The position numbers and the translations under genes are program-made. This document shows positions 1-13,500 of a stretch of DNA of 64,000 bases, one piece after another (position 1 is the first letter of the stretch; every line of letters begins with the position of its first letter). A model generated the notes under the pieces. The model did no database searches and was not told where the DNA came from. It saw only the letters and a program-made list of their open reading frames with translations. The DNA is from Balanoglossus misakiensis (Eukaryota > Animalia > Hemichordata), in contig CM082578.2 in assembly GCA_040954595.2 (NCBI GenBank), positions 7,425,519 through 7,489,518 on the forward strand, written 5' to 3'.

Positions 1-508
1 TCACCTGAGAGGTCTTATATCCGTACCAAATACCCGAGCGCACCGTTTATAACCTCATTATAATATGATTTTGCTTGATAAAGATAACAATTTCATTTTT
101 TCAAATCCGTTGTTTGGTTGGGGATAAATCGTGCTAGTTCTAGGGCCTCGTCGCGCACTGTTCCAGAACACCAAGCTGAGCTCGTGCAAACGCGTTCTGG
201 AATTTCTAAAGTCACGCGATTTTATTCCACCGCCAATAGAATGTGGAAAATGCGTTCTATTCAGGCGCGTTCTCTTCTATGTGTTCTATTTCGGTTACTT
301 TTTAAAAAACTATTCACTGTTCAGGGTCCAGGTACTAGGTCTTCTTGTCGAGAATATAAACCCCGGCTCCAGCCAATCAGCGAGCTAGATTCACGCCAAG
401 CATATTATAATACCGAATAGTTCTATACGTGTGGAATAAATGTGAACAAAAAGTGTCGCACGAGATTGTTATCTGATTGTGACTTTTCCTGTCGTTGTCT
501 CACCACAG

Positions 509-1519
509 CTGCAAGCAATGTTGGCAATTACTTCGGCATCGACTCCACCTCCGGCGAAATCAAAATCGTCTTGCCCATAGACTACGACACCCTGGCCGCC
601 AATCCGATCAACCTCATCATCGAGGCCACTGATTCTTTCTTCACCGCCAGCGCGTCGGTGCCGATACTCATCCTGGACGTGAATGACGCCGACCCTGTCT
701 GTAACCCGAGCAGCGAGCTTGTCGATGTGGCTGAAAATACACCGCTGACCACCACGGTAAGCTTCCCCGTTCTTGTCTTTGATTGTCAGTTTATCGTGTC
801 GATAAAATTTTGAAGGCCGGTTACTGTCGGTGAACAGAAGGGAAGGAATGTTCCAACTGACGTGACCCGCGCGTCAGATCATGGTTTCTCTGTTTGGGAA
901 ATCCCACGACCAGCACACAAGTCATAAGCTAAGTAATGCCCTAGGGGTCAATACATTGGGTTGTCCCCTGTAACTTGTTGCAGTATTTATAATGATTACC
1001 AGCGTTGTTAAAACTCCATTGGCTGCAACTTATTTTGTCCATTTGTTTTCTGTATTTAAGATCTTCACAGTATCTTCGGTTCCTGGTCTAACTCTTCAAA
1101 ACACCCTGAATGTATATGCATACCATAAGTTTTAGTATTGAAAACTGAATTCAAGATACATGTATAATCGTGAAAGGGTCAGCTGTGAATAAAAAAATCA
1201 CATTTGCATTTTCCAGACAGCTAGTATCATATAACTCATCTTCTATTCCATCTATCTACTGTAGGTGGTTACGTTATCTTGCACAGATGCTGACGTTGAC
1301 ACCGTTCTCAATTACGCTTTCTCCGTGTCACACCCCGATTTTACAATTGATTCCGCCACCGGAGCTATCTCAGTAGCAGGTGAGTGGCTATAATATTTAT
1401 TGAAGAATTATATCCATAATCTTGGGCACTTAAAGGCACAAAGTGTATCAATTTTTGAATGGAGGGATGTCTAAAGGTTAATTTGAGCAGGCCAAATACT
1501 GATGTCAACTCTATATAAC

Positions 1520-1564
<45 letters not shown>

Positions 1565-4500
1565 ATGTATGTATGTATGTATGTATGTATGTATGTATGT
1601 ATGTATGTATGTATGTATGTATGTATGTATGTATGTATGTATGTATGTATGTATGTATGTATGTATGTATGTATGTATGTATGTATGTATGTATGTATGT
1701 ATGTATGTATGTATGTATGTATGTATGTATGTATGTATGTATGTATGTATGTATGTATGTATGTATGTATGTATGTATGTATGTATGTATGTATGTATGT
1801 ATGTATGTATGTATGTATGTATGTATGTATGTATGTATGTGTCAGGAATGTATGAATGCCTATCTTACATCCACACACCAGGTCACAGGTCTCGACGATG
1901 CTCACTCATTTCTTTGCAGGGGCCATCGATTATGAGGGCGGCCCTCAGCAGTATGACCTGGTGGTGCAAGTAACCGATGGTTCTGGTGGCATAGCTGTCG
2001 TCCCGGTGACAATCAGAGTTACCGTGCAGAACGAATTCGCCCCAGTTTTCATTCCTACAACCTGGACCGTCTCTGTACTGGAAAACGTTCCATTAGAGAC
2101 GTCAATCAGCGATATATCTGTCTATGCAAGCGACGGCGACGCCAGCCCTTTTGACATCCAAGAATATATGATAGAGTCAGGTAATCTTAACCTTTTAAAT
2201 TTTTTGTCAATATTCATCCTTGCAGTCATGTACTTTGTCCTACGAATAAAAATGATTGGAACATTTGTTCGGTCACACATTTCCTGTGATTTAATAATGT
2301 TTTCGAAGTTTTGTTTGTATATTTGGCCGATGGCCTGGAATTTCTGAATTAAGACCAAAAGGATGATTGCTCGTGTGTATGAATACAGGTTGGTGTTACC
2401 TCCATGTGTTACTGACTGCTGACATCTGACACTCTATTAAAGCTACATGTAGGTAAATGGTTCAATCTACAAGTGTCCAGGGTCGGTCGCCTATGAATTC
2501 AACACCGGACCTTGGTCAATTCTAATAAAGTTTTCGGCTGTTTCAAGAATATTTAACAAATATTAGCCTCCAAAACATTGATTTGTAGCGATCATGAAGG
2601 AAAAATTATAACGCATGTGTATTTGTATACCTGTGCAGTTTTCAACGAAGACCTGGCGACAGACGTCACTGGGGACGGCATTTTCGACATAGAACATTTG
2701 ACCGGCCTGGTGAAGTTGACCTCGCCGCTCGACTACGAAGAGCCAGCGACTAGGTACACCATCGTGGTAACGGCGGACGACAAGGCTTCGGTGAAAGGAA
2801 CGGGTACCGTTACAGTCAACGTGGGCGACGTCAATGAACACAATCCCAGCTGTAGCTTCGGTTCCGACGTTCTCGTGCTCCCCGAGTCGACGAGTAAGTG
2901 ACAAAATCTTGTCATTGTCGATGCAGTTTGACAAAATGTCGACAATTTATCGCGCCCGTCTGTGTTGTCTTGTCTCTCATTGCTTATTGCGAGACAATGC
3001 ACGGTTTCGTCGATGACATTCAAATGATTTTCTTCGGTCTCCAGGTCCTGGTGTGGTAGTGAGCGCGGCAACTTTGGCCTGCATTGACGATGATCTATCA
3101 GCGCCGTTTGGATCGGCCTCTTTGACCTACGCCCTGACGTCGAATCCTGGAAACAAGTTTGCAGTGGGCCCTTCCGGAGACATTTCTCTGACCGGTATGT
3201 GAGGATGACTAGTAAAATGCTAAGAGGGCGAAACTTTATGGTGACATCTGTGAATTTCAATCCGAAATGTTCGTTGATTATTCTCATCAGGCTTTGTACA
3301 ATGAAGCTTTGCCAGATGGCAAGTCTAAAGGCATCGATACTTTTCCAATTGCAGGTGCACTGGACTATGAGATAAAGTCGTCATATTCTTTGGTGCTGAG
3401 GGTTACCGACGGCGGCGGGCTCTTTACAGATATACCTATCTACGTCAGTGTTTCCAACGTGGATGACTCCAGTCCGTACTTCACGGCCGCGTTCTCCATC
3501 TCCATACCCGAAGACACAGCGGTTGGAGATGACGTCATCCTCGTCACCGCTCAAGACGACGACGCGCCCGACACCCCCGAGGGGCATATCACGTACGAAA
3601 TCGTCTCGGGGGACCCGAGTGACCAGTTCAGCATCGACATGATTTCTGGCCAGATCAAGGTGCGCGGCGTGCTGGACAGAGAAACCATCCCCAGTTACAA
3701 CGTCGTGGTCAGGGCCACGGACGGCGTCGGTGGCACTGCCTCCACCACGGTGACCATCACCATGCTGGACGTGAACGACGAGCTGCCGGTGTGCACCACC
3801 ACCTCCTTCACGGACGTCGTCAACGAGACCGAGACCAGCGGCTACGTCATCCGCTCGCTGGGCTGTTCGGACGGCGACATAGGCGACATCCTGACGTACT
3901 CGCTGACGGCCGGAAGTCCCACCATCTTCGACGTCACCACGGGCGACCTGATTCTGGCGTCGGCGAGGGACTACGAGGCTGGCGACAGGAAATACGACAT
4001 TGAGGTGAAGGTGGTCGACTCTGTCAGCAACACTCACATGATCACGGGAACCATCCACATTGAGCCAGTGAATGAGCACGCACCTGTTTTTGCAAGTTGT
4101 AAGTATCTGTTTTCGGTTCTCCAAACTTTCCAACAGATTAAGGATATAAGTACAAATTGTACGCGCGTAGACTGCAAGGGTGTTGCAAAATATAGAAGGT
4201 GTTGCTAGCAATGACCACACTAGATATAGCAAACTGATTTTCTAATGAAATAAGGCATTGCAGTCCAATAATTTTTGGCAGAGCAAGCCCTAAACTTTCA
4301 AATTGTCAGTGCTATTTCACTAACCACTTGGTTCGAATCCTGTACTGCTATATAGTAATTGTTCAAGCTAATCGTCCAAGTCTTCCTTGTGGAGATTTCC
4401 TTTGCCAAAGAACACATTGAACACCTGGCGCACATTTGTTGTCTCTATTACAGCATCATATCCAGTGGACATACTGGAAAACCAAAATGCCGGCACGCCA

Positions 4501-7500
4501 TTGACAACCATTTCAGCAAACGACGACGACCACCCGGACAGAGGCCACGGCGTGGTCAACTATTACTTCGATCCACTCTGCGTGGACTGCGCCAAGTTCC
4601 AGCTTAATCCCGACACCGGGGAGATCAGCACGGCCGCCGTGCTCGACCGAGAAGACACGGCCTCGTACACCCTTGACGTCATTGCCATGGACTCAGACAA
4701 CCAAGACACCGCAACAGTGGTTGTCACCGTCTTAGACGAAAATGATTGCATTCCTGAGTTTACTTCAGCGTACAACAGGTATCCTGATCACTTTTGTAAT
4801 TCGCATTAATTTGTAAATTTACCGAGGTCATTAATCTTAACAAATTCGATGGACGAATATACTGTACATATACATGTATAAATAGATACATAGAAACAGA
4901 CATAGGCAAATACAGAACTTTATGATAGTGACTCAATTGCCAGGCCCAACGAAGGTTAAAGCAAGTTGACTGAAGAAACTCAAATGCAATACATATACAC
5001 CTTGTTTATATTGCCCTTTCATTCTCCAGTGTATCTATAATGGAAGAACTCAGTGCTCCTCAGACGTTGATGACGTTAACAGCCGATGATTTGGATGACG
5101 TGGCAACTGATGACAATGGAAGACCCACATTCTCCATCTCCAGTAAGTCACCTTTGTGCATCTACATCAAGTCATAACGTCAAAAATGGAAATCTCTATT
5201 GTTTGAAATGACATCAGCTGATCAGCATGCCTAAAAGACTCCATTGTTCAAAACATTATCTATACTGTGGTCCCGTGACATGTATTTCCATGGACCTTCG
5301 AATAAAGACTAACCGAAGTTATAAAAAATATTATTGACATTGTAATACATACGCTTAATATTTTTGTATGTAATAACAAAGTACGGATAATATCTTTGTT
5401 TCTTTTTTAAGGTGGTGATCCAGGTGGCTATTTCTCCATTGGACTGTATGACGGTGTTCTGAAAACAGCCCAAAAATTAGACTATGAAACCATCAAAGAG
5501 TTCGATTTGGTTATTCAGTCTGAGGACAGAAATGGGGATGCGTTGGCTCTGAGAGACTATACCAACGTGAGAGTCCAGGTATTACCGAAAAACGAATACG
5601 CTCCGGTTTTTGCGACAAACCCGATTAGTCTGACCGTGCCCGAAGATTCTGTTGTGGGCACATCCCTGTTCGCAGTGGCAGCGACAGACGCGGATGACGG
5701 ACTCGACGGTTCAGTCTACTACGAGATGGCCTTCCACCCGACGTTCCACTTAGATGGCAAAACCGGAGATTTCACCTTAAAGGCGCCCCTGGACCGCGAG
5801 ACCGTTTCGTCCTACACTCTCTCGGTCAAAGCCATCGACGAGGGGACCCCGCAACGCAGCGCCGTGGGCACCGTCACCTTGACAATCAGCGACGTCAACG
5901 ACAACGCGCCGGTGTGCAGTCCCGCCTACATCGAGCTGCAGAAGCCGGAAGACACGGCTCCCACCACGACCATCACCACCCTGGCGTGCAGCGACGACGA
6001 CGCGGGTCCCGACAACAACCGGCTCAGCTACGCAATCGTAGAAGAGGACGGCGTCGCTAGTTCGGGGACGAAGTTTTCGGTCGACGCGACAAGTGGACAG
6101 GTCAAAGTAGCTTCCAGCCTGGACTTCGAAACTGCCACCTCCCACACTTTGGTCGTAGAGGTCAGCGATAACGGAGGGACTCCCTTGACCTCGACCGTCT
6201 CGATCACAGTCGACGTCACCCCCGTCAATGAAAATGACCCGACGTTCATTGTTGCCCCGGGGGTAGTCGAGGTATCCGAAGCTGAAAACGTCGACTACCT
6301 TTTTACGACACTGGCGGCGACCCCGAACGATGACGGGGAATCTGTGACCTATTCCATCGAGCCGAATGACCCGAGATTTTACTGTGACGCGTATTCTGGA
6401 GAAATCAGGCTGCTGCAGATGCTGGAGGCAGACCCTGCACCCCAGACAATTACCCTGACAGTCAGGGCAACGGACGACGGGACTTACCATGGTATCAGAT
6501 CCACAGACGCTACACTGACAATAACCGTCAAGGACGAAAATGACAACGCACCCGAGTTCAGCGAATTTTCGTACTCGTTTTATTGCTCTGGCAATGCAGC
6601 CAATGGTTACCCTGTTGGTGTTGTAGTTGCGAGTGACATAGATGATGGGGCTAATGGAGACTTTAGTTACTCCATCAGTACTGAATCACCAGCTGATGGC
6701 ATTTTTGGTATTGATGCTTCTACTGGGCAGATATCAGTTGCTGTAAATACGAATTTAGACCAAGAAGTAACAGATACATACATACTTACTGTTCTTGCCA
6801 CTGACGGAGGGACACCTACACTAACAGGTACAACCTACGTCACAGTGACCATAACAGAATATAACGATTACGCGCCGACGTTTGGTCCCACTCCCACTTA
6901 CACAGTGGATCTCCTGGAAGACGCGGCGTTTGGTTCGCCGGTGATAGCCGTACTGGCCAGCGATCGAGACAACGGTTTGGACGGCGAGTTCGAGTACCAA
7001 ATCACCGCGGGCAACGACGGAACGTTCGTCATCGACTCCGCAACCGGGCAGATCACTCTGATCGGCGAGCTCGACTACGACACGGTGCCGCCGCCGTCGC
7101 CGTATGAACTGACGGTAGTAGCAGTGGACAAGGGCGTGGTCGATGGACCGCTGACCGCCACCACGACAGTAACCGTCAACGTGATGTCCGTCAACGACAA
7201 CACGCCGGTGTGTGACAAGTCTTTGTACAGCGCCACTGTAGCCGACGCAACTCCAGTAAACTTCGTGGTAATTGACACTACCTGTGTTGACGGCGACGTC
7301 GATGCACTGAACAATGTTATAACGTACACGGTTATATCTGGAGCAGGCGATATAAACATCGACGCTAACGGTGACGTAGTGGTGGCCTCTGCTCTCACCT
7401 TTTCTGCATCCGTGTACACTCTAGTTGTAGAAGTCAAAGATAGTGGTACGCCCTCTCTTTCGTCGACATACACCGCCATCGTCAACATCGAAGGTAAGTT

Positions 7501-10500
7501 TGCTAAATGCCATCTCGGATGGCATATCATCATATCATCATATCACTGTCTCATGAACTCAAAGCTGAAAACATTGAGAAAATTTCAAGCAGGAAATGGC
7601 GTAAATGTCACCCGGTTGTACTGTAAACAAGCTAATTACATTCTTATATATCCTGCTTCTCCTTGGACACATATTCCTACGTCACCTTGATGGAGGATCA
7701 CATTCTGTGCTTGGTTTTATGGTGCATAAAATACGCCATGTTTCTCTGTTGAATTTTCTCCAATTAATTTCATGTTTTATCAAGATATTCCAGTCAGTGA
7801 ATTCAATTTAGTTGCGGCAGCCGCCAAACTAGCAACACCGATGCCAGAAACACGTTATCAACGTCACGTATGTCTCTGTGGGTGCATAAGTATGCAACTG
7901 TTTAACCAAATTTCTTCTCTCTTGTTTTAGCTTCAAATAGTAACTCACCGTCATTCGCAATAAGCCCTAACATTGTTGGTGTACCAGAAAACACAGACGT
8001 TGGAGCAAGTCTAGCAACGATTGCGGCGACCGACCCTGATGGTGGCGCAGCGGGTAGGTCATATTACATCCATTATGAACAGAAAACATACGTCAGACCA
8101 GCAATAACTAGTCGCGATAGTGTGTATAAAGGGAAATTGTCTTAAGCTGCTTACCGATTACCCTTGTAAATGTTTGTGTCGGCGTTTTGGCCAGATTTCT
8201 ATGAATGACAGTAGCCATGATGGCTACTGTTCTTTTCCTCGAGTGTGCGAGAATTCTGTAATATTCGATCTTAACTTTATAGACATGCAATGGCTGGTCA
8301 TTTATTGTTCATGAGCGTTAACCAAAAATACATTCATTTAATGGCCATCACTTTCTGCCATTTATGAATTAAGCTTTTTTGTAACAAAAGTGCACTTTTC
8401 ACCTTTGATTCAGATATATTAATTTGAGTAATGGTGCATGTTTGGTCAGTTTGATGTCCAATAATCAATATCATTCAAGGTAACTAGCTAATTACCAGGT
8501 CCAAGAATGAAATAAGGGAATAAAATAACAATTTCAACACGATCGTCTTGAGCCACTGCTAAGTTTTGGTACCAAATGTGTAGATCTGGTGAGATACACG
8601 TTTACTAATCAAAAATACATTTGTATTCATCCCCCAATTTATAGGCTTGGTTGTCTATACAATTGTCGGTGGCAATGACGCTGGCAAGTTCCGAATAAAC
8701 GGTACAACGGGCGAAATATTTCTTGCTAAGCCAGTGGACAGGGAAGATGTTTCGTTTTATAGTCTGTCGGTCACAGCCACTGATAAAGGTGATCCACCCC
8801 TGACTGGCAATACGACTGTTGAAATCACCATCGAAGACGTCAATGATCAAACTCCAGTGTGTGACCCCGTGTACTCTGTCACCATAGAAGAAAATATAGC
8901 CACCCAGATTGATCTGCAGCAAGTCAATTGCACAGACAATGATGACGAGACCACGCCGAATGACGATCTGGTGTACGCCATCGCTGGCGGGGACCCGGAT
9001 AACGAGTTCGAGATCGATGCAAACGGTATGGTTAAAAACCGCGGTGCATTGGACCTAGAAAAGACAGAGTTCTACACACTCGAAATCCACGTAATAGACG
9101 AAGGGACGCCCCCTCTGACGGGCACAACAACCGTATATGTACGCGTGACTGGTGTAAACGACAACACCCCTGTTATCAGCCCTGTCACTCAGAGCACGTC
9201 AGTCATGGAGGACGAGGCTGTCGGTACATCCATCTACACTGTATTGGCCTCTGACGCTGACCGGCACCAAGACGGCTCGCTCATGTACAAGATAGTTTCG
9301 GGCAACGATGACAACATGTTCGGCATCAACTCGGCAAGCGGGAAACTCTTCGTCGCAAACAACCTCGACAGAGAACTGGTCGACACCCATACGTTGATCG
9401 TAGAAGTCAACGATTTGGCTGAGGATCCGGCATTGAGGTTAACAGCCACGGGCACGGTCGTGGTCACCATCCTGGATGCCAACGACGAAGCCCCCGTATG
9501 CGACCCGATGGAACCGACGATTTATGTGTCAGAGAACGCAATACCAAATGACATCGTCGACGTGCTGAACTGCACTGACGCGGACATTGCTGGCTTCAAC
9601 GGGCAGTTTACGTATGAACTTGTCAGCGGAAATGATGACAACAGATTTTACCTCCTCGAGAATCAGATCAAGGTTACGTATGCACCAGACTATGAAGAAC
9701 AAGCCAAGTACGTCCTGGGGATCAAACTAGTCGACAAGGGAATACCTAAACAGACCTCGACGACCACGGTGACCATCATGGTCAGATTGGAGAATGAGTT
9801 TACCCCCGAATTTGTGGTCCCCGCCGGCGGATATGTATTTGAAATTCTGGAAGATGCGCCGTTGACTACAGTTGTGGACACAGTGGCAGCAACCGACGAG
9901 GATGGCGGCATCGATGGCACCCTTCGCTACTACATCACTGGCGGAAACGAAGAAGGCAAATTTGGCATTGAAAGGTACAGCGGCGAAATCTTCACCATTG
10001 GCCTTCTCGACAGAGAAGTGACCCCATCGTATGAGCTGACCATAGTGGCAAAGGACAGCGTACCGCTGTCCGGTGACGAGAGGAACGACACCACAACGGT
10101 GGTCATCAACGTACTGGACGTGAACGACAACGTGCCAGAGTTCATCCCTTTCTACCTCGTGCTGACCATCATGGAGGGTCTGGATGTGGGCACGGTCATC
10201 CAGCCCATGACGGTGAGCGACAACGACGAGGGCATCAACGCGGAGAGCGACTTCGAAATCATACTGGGGAACACCGGCTTCACCTTCGATTTCGACGGGA
10301 ACAACCTTGTGGTCAACCGGAGAGTGGACTTGGCAACCGCCGCGACCTACCACCTCACCGTCATGGCGACCGATCGCGGTGTCTACCCCGGTCCACTTGA
10401 GAACACCGGCATCATAATCATCCACGTGAACTCGATCAACGAGTACAGCCCAGAGTTTCCGCAGAACGCTGACAGCATTTTGATCTCCGAAGGCATGCCG

Positions 10501-13500
10501 ATCGGCGGGCTGGTCTACCAGGCCAACGCAGACGACATGGACTTGGGATGCCACGGCGATCTCACGTACGCCATTGCCAGCGTGGACCCGCCGGAAGGGA
10601 AGAACAGCTTCTACGTGGACGAAGTGACTGGGACGGGTCTGCTGGCTTCCTACCTGGACAGGGAAACCAACGACGTGTACAAAGTGAATTTGACGGCGAC
10701 CGACAACTCTTGCAACGACACCGACATCCGCACGGGCTTCATCATCGTCCACATCAAGATTACGGACATCAACGACAACCCTCCCATTTTCAGCAAACCC
10801 TCCGGCTACACGTTCTCCGTCGACGAAAACGTTCCCATTAACACGCAGGTTGGCCGCCTCATCGCCACCGACATAGACGAAGGAACAAACGCCCAGATAG
10901 TCTTCGAGATGGAGGACCTCACCAACAGCGACGCGTTCTCGGTCGACAGGGAAGGCGGCGGCATAACGACGTTGAAAGAGCTGGACCACGAAACGCAACC
11001 CGGGTACAGCTTCTTGGTGAAGGCCATTGACAAAGGCACGCCGTCGAGGTCGTCCGTTGTCCAGGTCGTGATCCACGTGCTCGACCTGAACGACAACCAC
11101 CCAGTTATAGACCCCGACGTCCTGCACGTGTCTATCTATGAGAACGAACCAGAAGGGGAAGTCATCACACCCGTGGACGCCTACGATCTGGACAGTACCA
11201 CCAATGGAGAGTTCATGTACGAGATCATCGACGGGAACACCAATTTCGCCATCAAGATTGACCCTCAGACTGGGACGCTGTCAACAACAGAGATACCTCT
11301 TGACAGAGAATTGATACCGGAGTAAGTAATTACTACATTGTATTTATTTGACTTTATTTAATGTCGTAGTCTGGCAGGGTACCCAGTACTCAGGTTTTCT
11401 ATGCTACATCTCGCGTTAACAATATGCACATCTACACTAAAACATCTTCTCAACCATAAGACTTGGTCACACATATATTCGGTAAGTCTAATTTTACATT
11501 TTTTTTTCTGTGTCCAAAAGGTACGTTCTCACCATCCAGACAACCGACTTCGGAGATCCCTTATTGACGTACACAGCAGTTGTGACGGTTGTGGTGCTCG
11601 ATTTGAACGACAACGACCCCGTGGCGAACCCAGTTTTCTATGAGGACACGGTGCTGGAGTCTATCCCTGTTGGAACAAGTGTCTTCGATATCGAAGCAAC
11701 TGATTCGGATATCAACGAGAATGGCAACTTGACTTATACATTCCTCACCGGGAATACAGAAAGTAAGTTTATAGATGGGATTTGGGAGTTCTTACTTAAT
11801 TTAATATTCATGCTTCATTAGCTGTAATTTAAAGCCAAAAGATACAGCAGCTGTACTTGAATAAAGTACTGAATTTATTCACCTTATTAGATGTTTAAAA
11901 GAAAACTAATAATGCATATTTGTTTATCTGTTTAACATTGGTTATGAGATATAACATTACATGTAGTAATTCATTTCAAATGTATTTTCAGGTAAATTTT
12001 CAATTGAGTTGACAACTGGTGTGATACGGGTAAACAAGCCGCTTAACCGAGAATCCCTGGACGAATATACGCTTTACATCTTGGTTGAAGACCAGGGCGA
12101 AGTGAAACGGTCAGCGACAGTCGTTGCCAACGTGTTCTTGGAAGACGTCAATGACACGCCACCGCGATTTACGCCGAGATCTTACAACTTCGCTGTTGAG
12201 GAGCACTCGGCCGGAGGGTTGTTGCTGGGTACCGCGTACGCAGAAGACCAAGACTTGGGAACCAACGGGCAGTTTGAATTCGCCCTGATAGCGGGAAACG
12301 GGTTCGGCAAATTCAGCGTGGATTCCGCAACGGGCGCCGTGACGATGCTGGTGGCCAATTTGGACCGCGAGGTGCAGTCTTCGTACGAGCTGACGGTTCG
12401 CGCGCAGGACAACGGCAACCCGCCGCTCTTCACGGACGCCAAGATCCGCATATCGGTGTCGGACATCAACGACCACGCGCCTGAATTCAGAGAGCCGTTC
12501 TACACAGCCGAGGTCGTGGAGAACGCCGTGATTGCAACTTCCCTGTTGCGTGTTTACGCAACCGACGACGACGTGGGTAACAACGCAGCCCTCACTTACT
12601 CCATCGACTCAACCGACACCTACGCCAATACCTACTTCCAGATAAACTCCGACACCGGCGAACTCACTGTCCGACAGGGGATGGACTACGAAACTGACCA
12701 AGAAATCACCTTCAACGTCAATGTACAAGATTCCGCTGAAGTTCCACTTGCCGACGTCGCCCAGGTAACGATAACAATTGTAGACGTCAACGACAACTCG
12801 CCGATCATATCACCGTGCTTTGCAAACAACGAGATCTCGTACCTTCACGCGGCGGAGAAAGGCATATTGATGCAGTTTGCTGCATCTGATCGCGATGCGA
12901 ACAACGAAGTAACCTTTGAATTCTCACCATCGTCCTACGTCTTCCAGATTGGCACAAGGTCGGGTAAGTACAAGGTGTCCCTGTACATCGTAAACCACAT
13001 TTAAATGATGAAGGGTAGATGGTAAAACGATCGCATTTTCATGGGTGTACCACACAATGTGTTAATTCGACAACTTATACAATTACGAACATTTCACTGA
13101 CATCATGCTACCGACATTAACAGTTTAAGCTTCTTTTGCACTTGTAAATTTAAAGGAAGTGTTAATTGATTTCCAGGTGCCATTACTGCCATCCCCGGCG
13201 TCGAACCGGCCGTCGCGTCTAAATACATCCTGCAGCTTCTAGCAAGGGACGACGGTTACCCGCAGCAGACGTCGGACCCGTGCCTAGCCAGAGTGGACAC
13301 GTTCAACCCGTACATCTACATGATCGACATCTCCATGAGCAGCACCACCCAGTCGGAGTTCGAGGGCAAGAGATCGCTCTTTCTGTCGACGCTGGAGGGA
13401 CTCCTGAAGTCTCGCGTGCCGTCAGCCAGGGTTGGCATATCCCATCTTTCGGGAGGTGGTGCCAAGCGGCGCCGTCGCAGTCTTCTTGCAGCAGAGTAAG

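Noticed and set aside
57-411. Possible MITE bounded by ATTATAATATG...CATATTATAAT
   Set aside because: Only an 11-bp AT-rich inverted match, with no clear target-site duplication and no second copy in the window. A genome-wide repeat search would be needed.
1471-1973. ORFs with MYVC/HTYI repeats (also 61446-61876 and IHSF at 59064-59417)
   Set aside because: These are translations of intronic tetranucleotide microsatellites, not genes.
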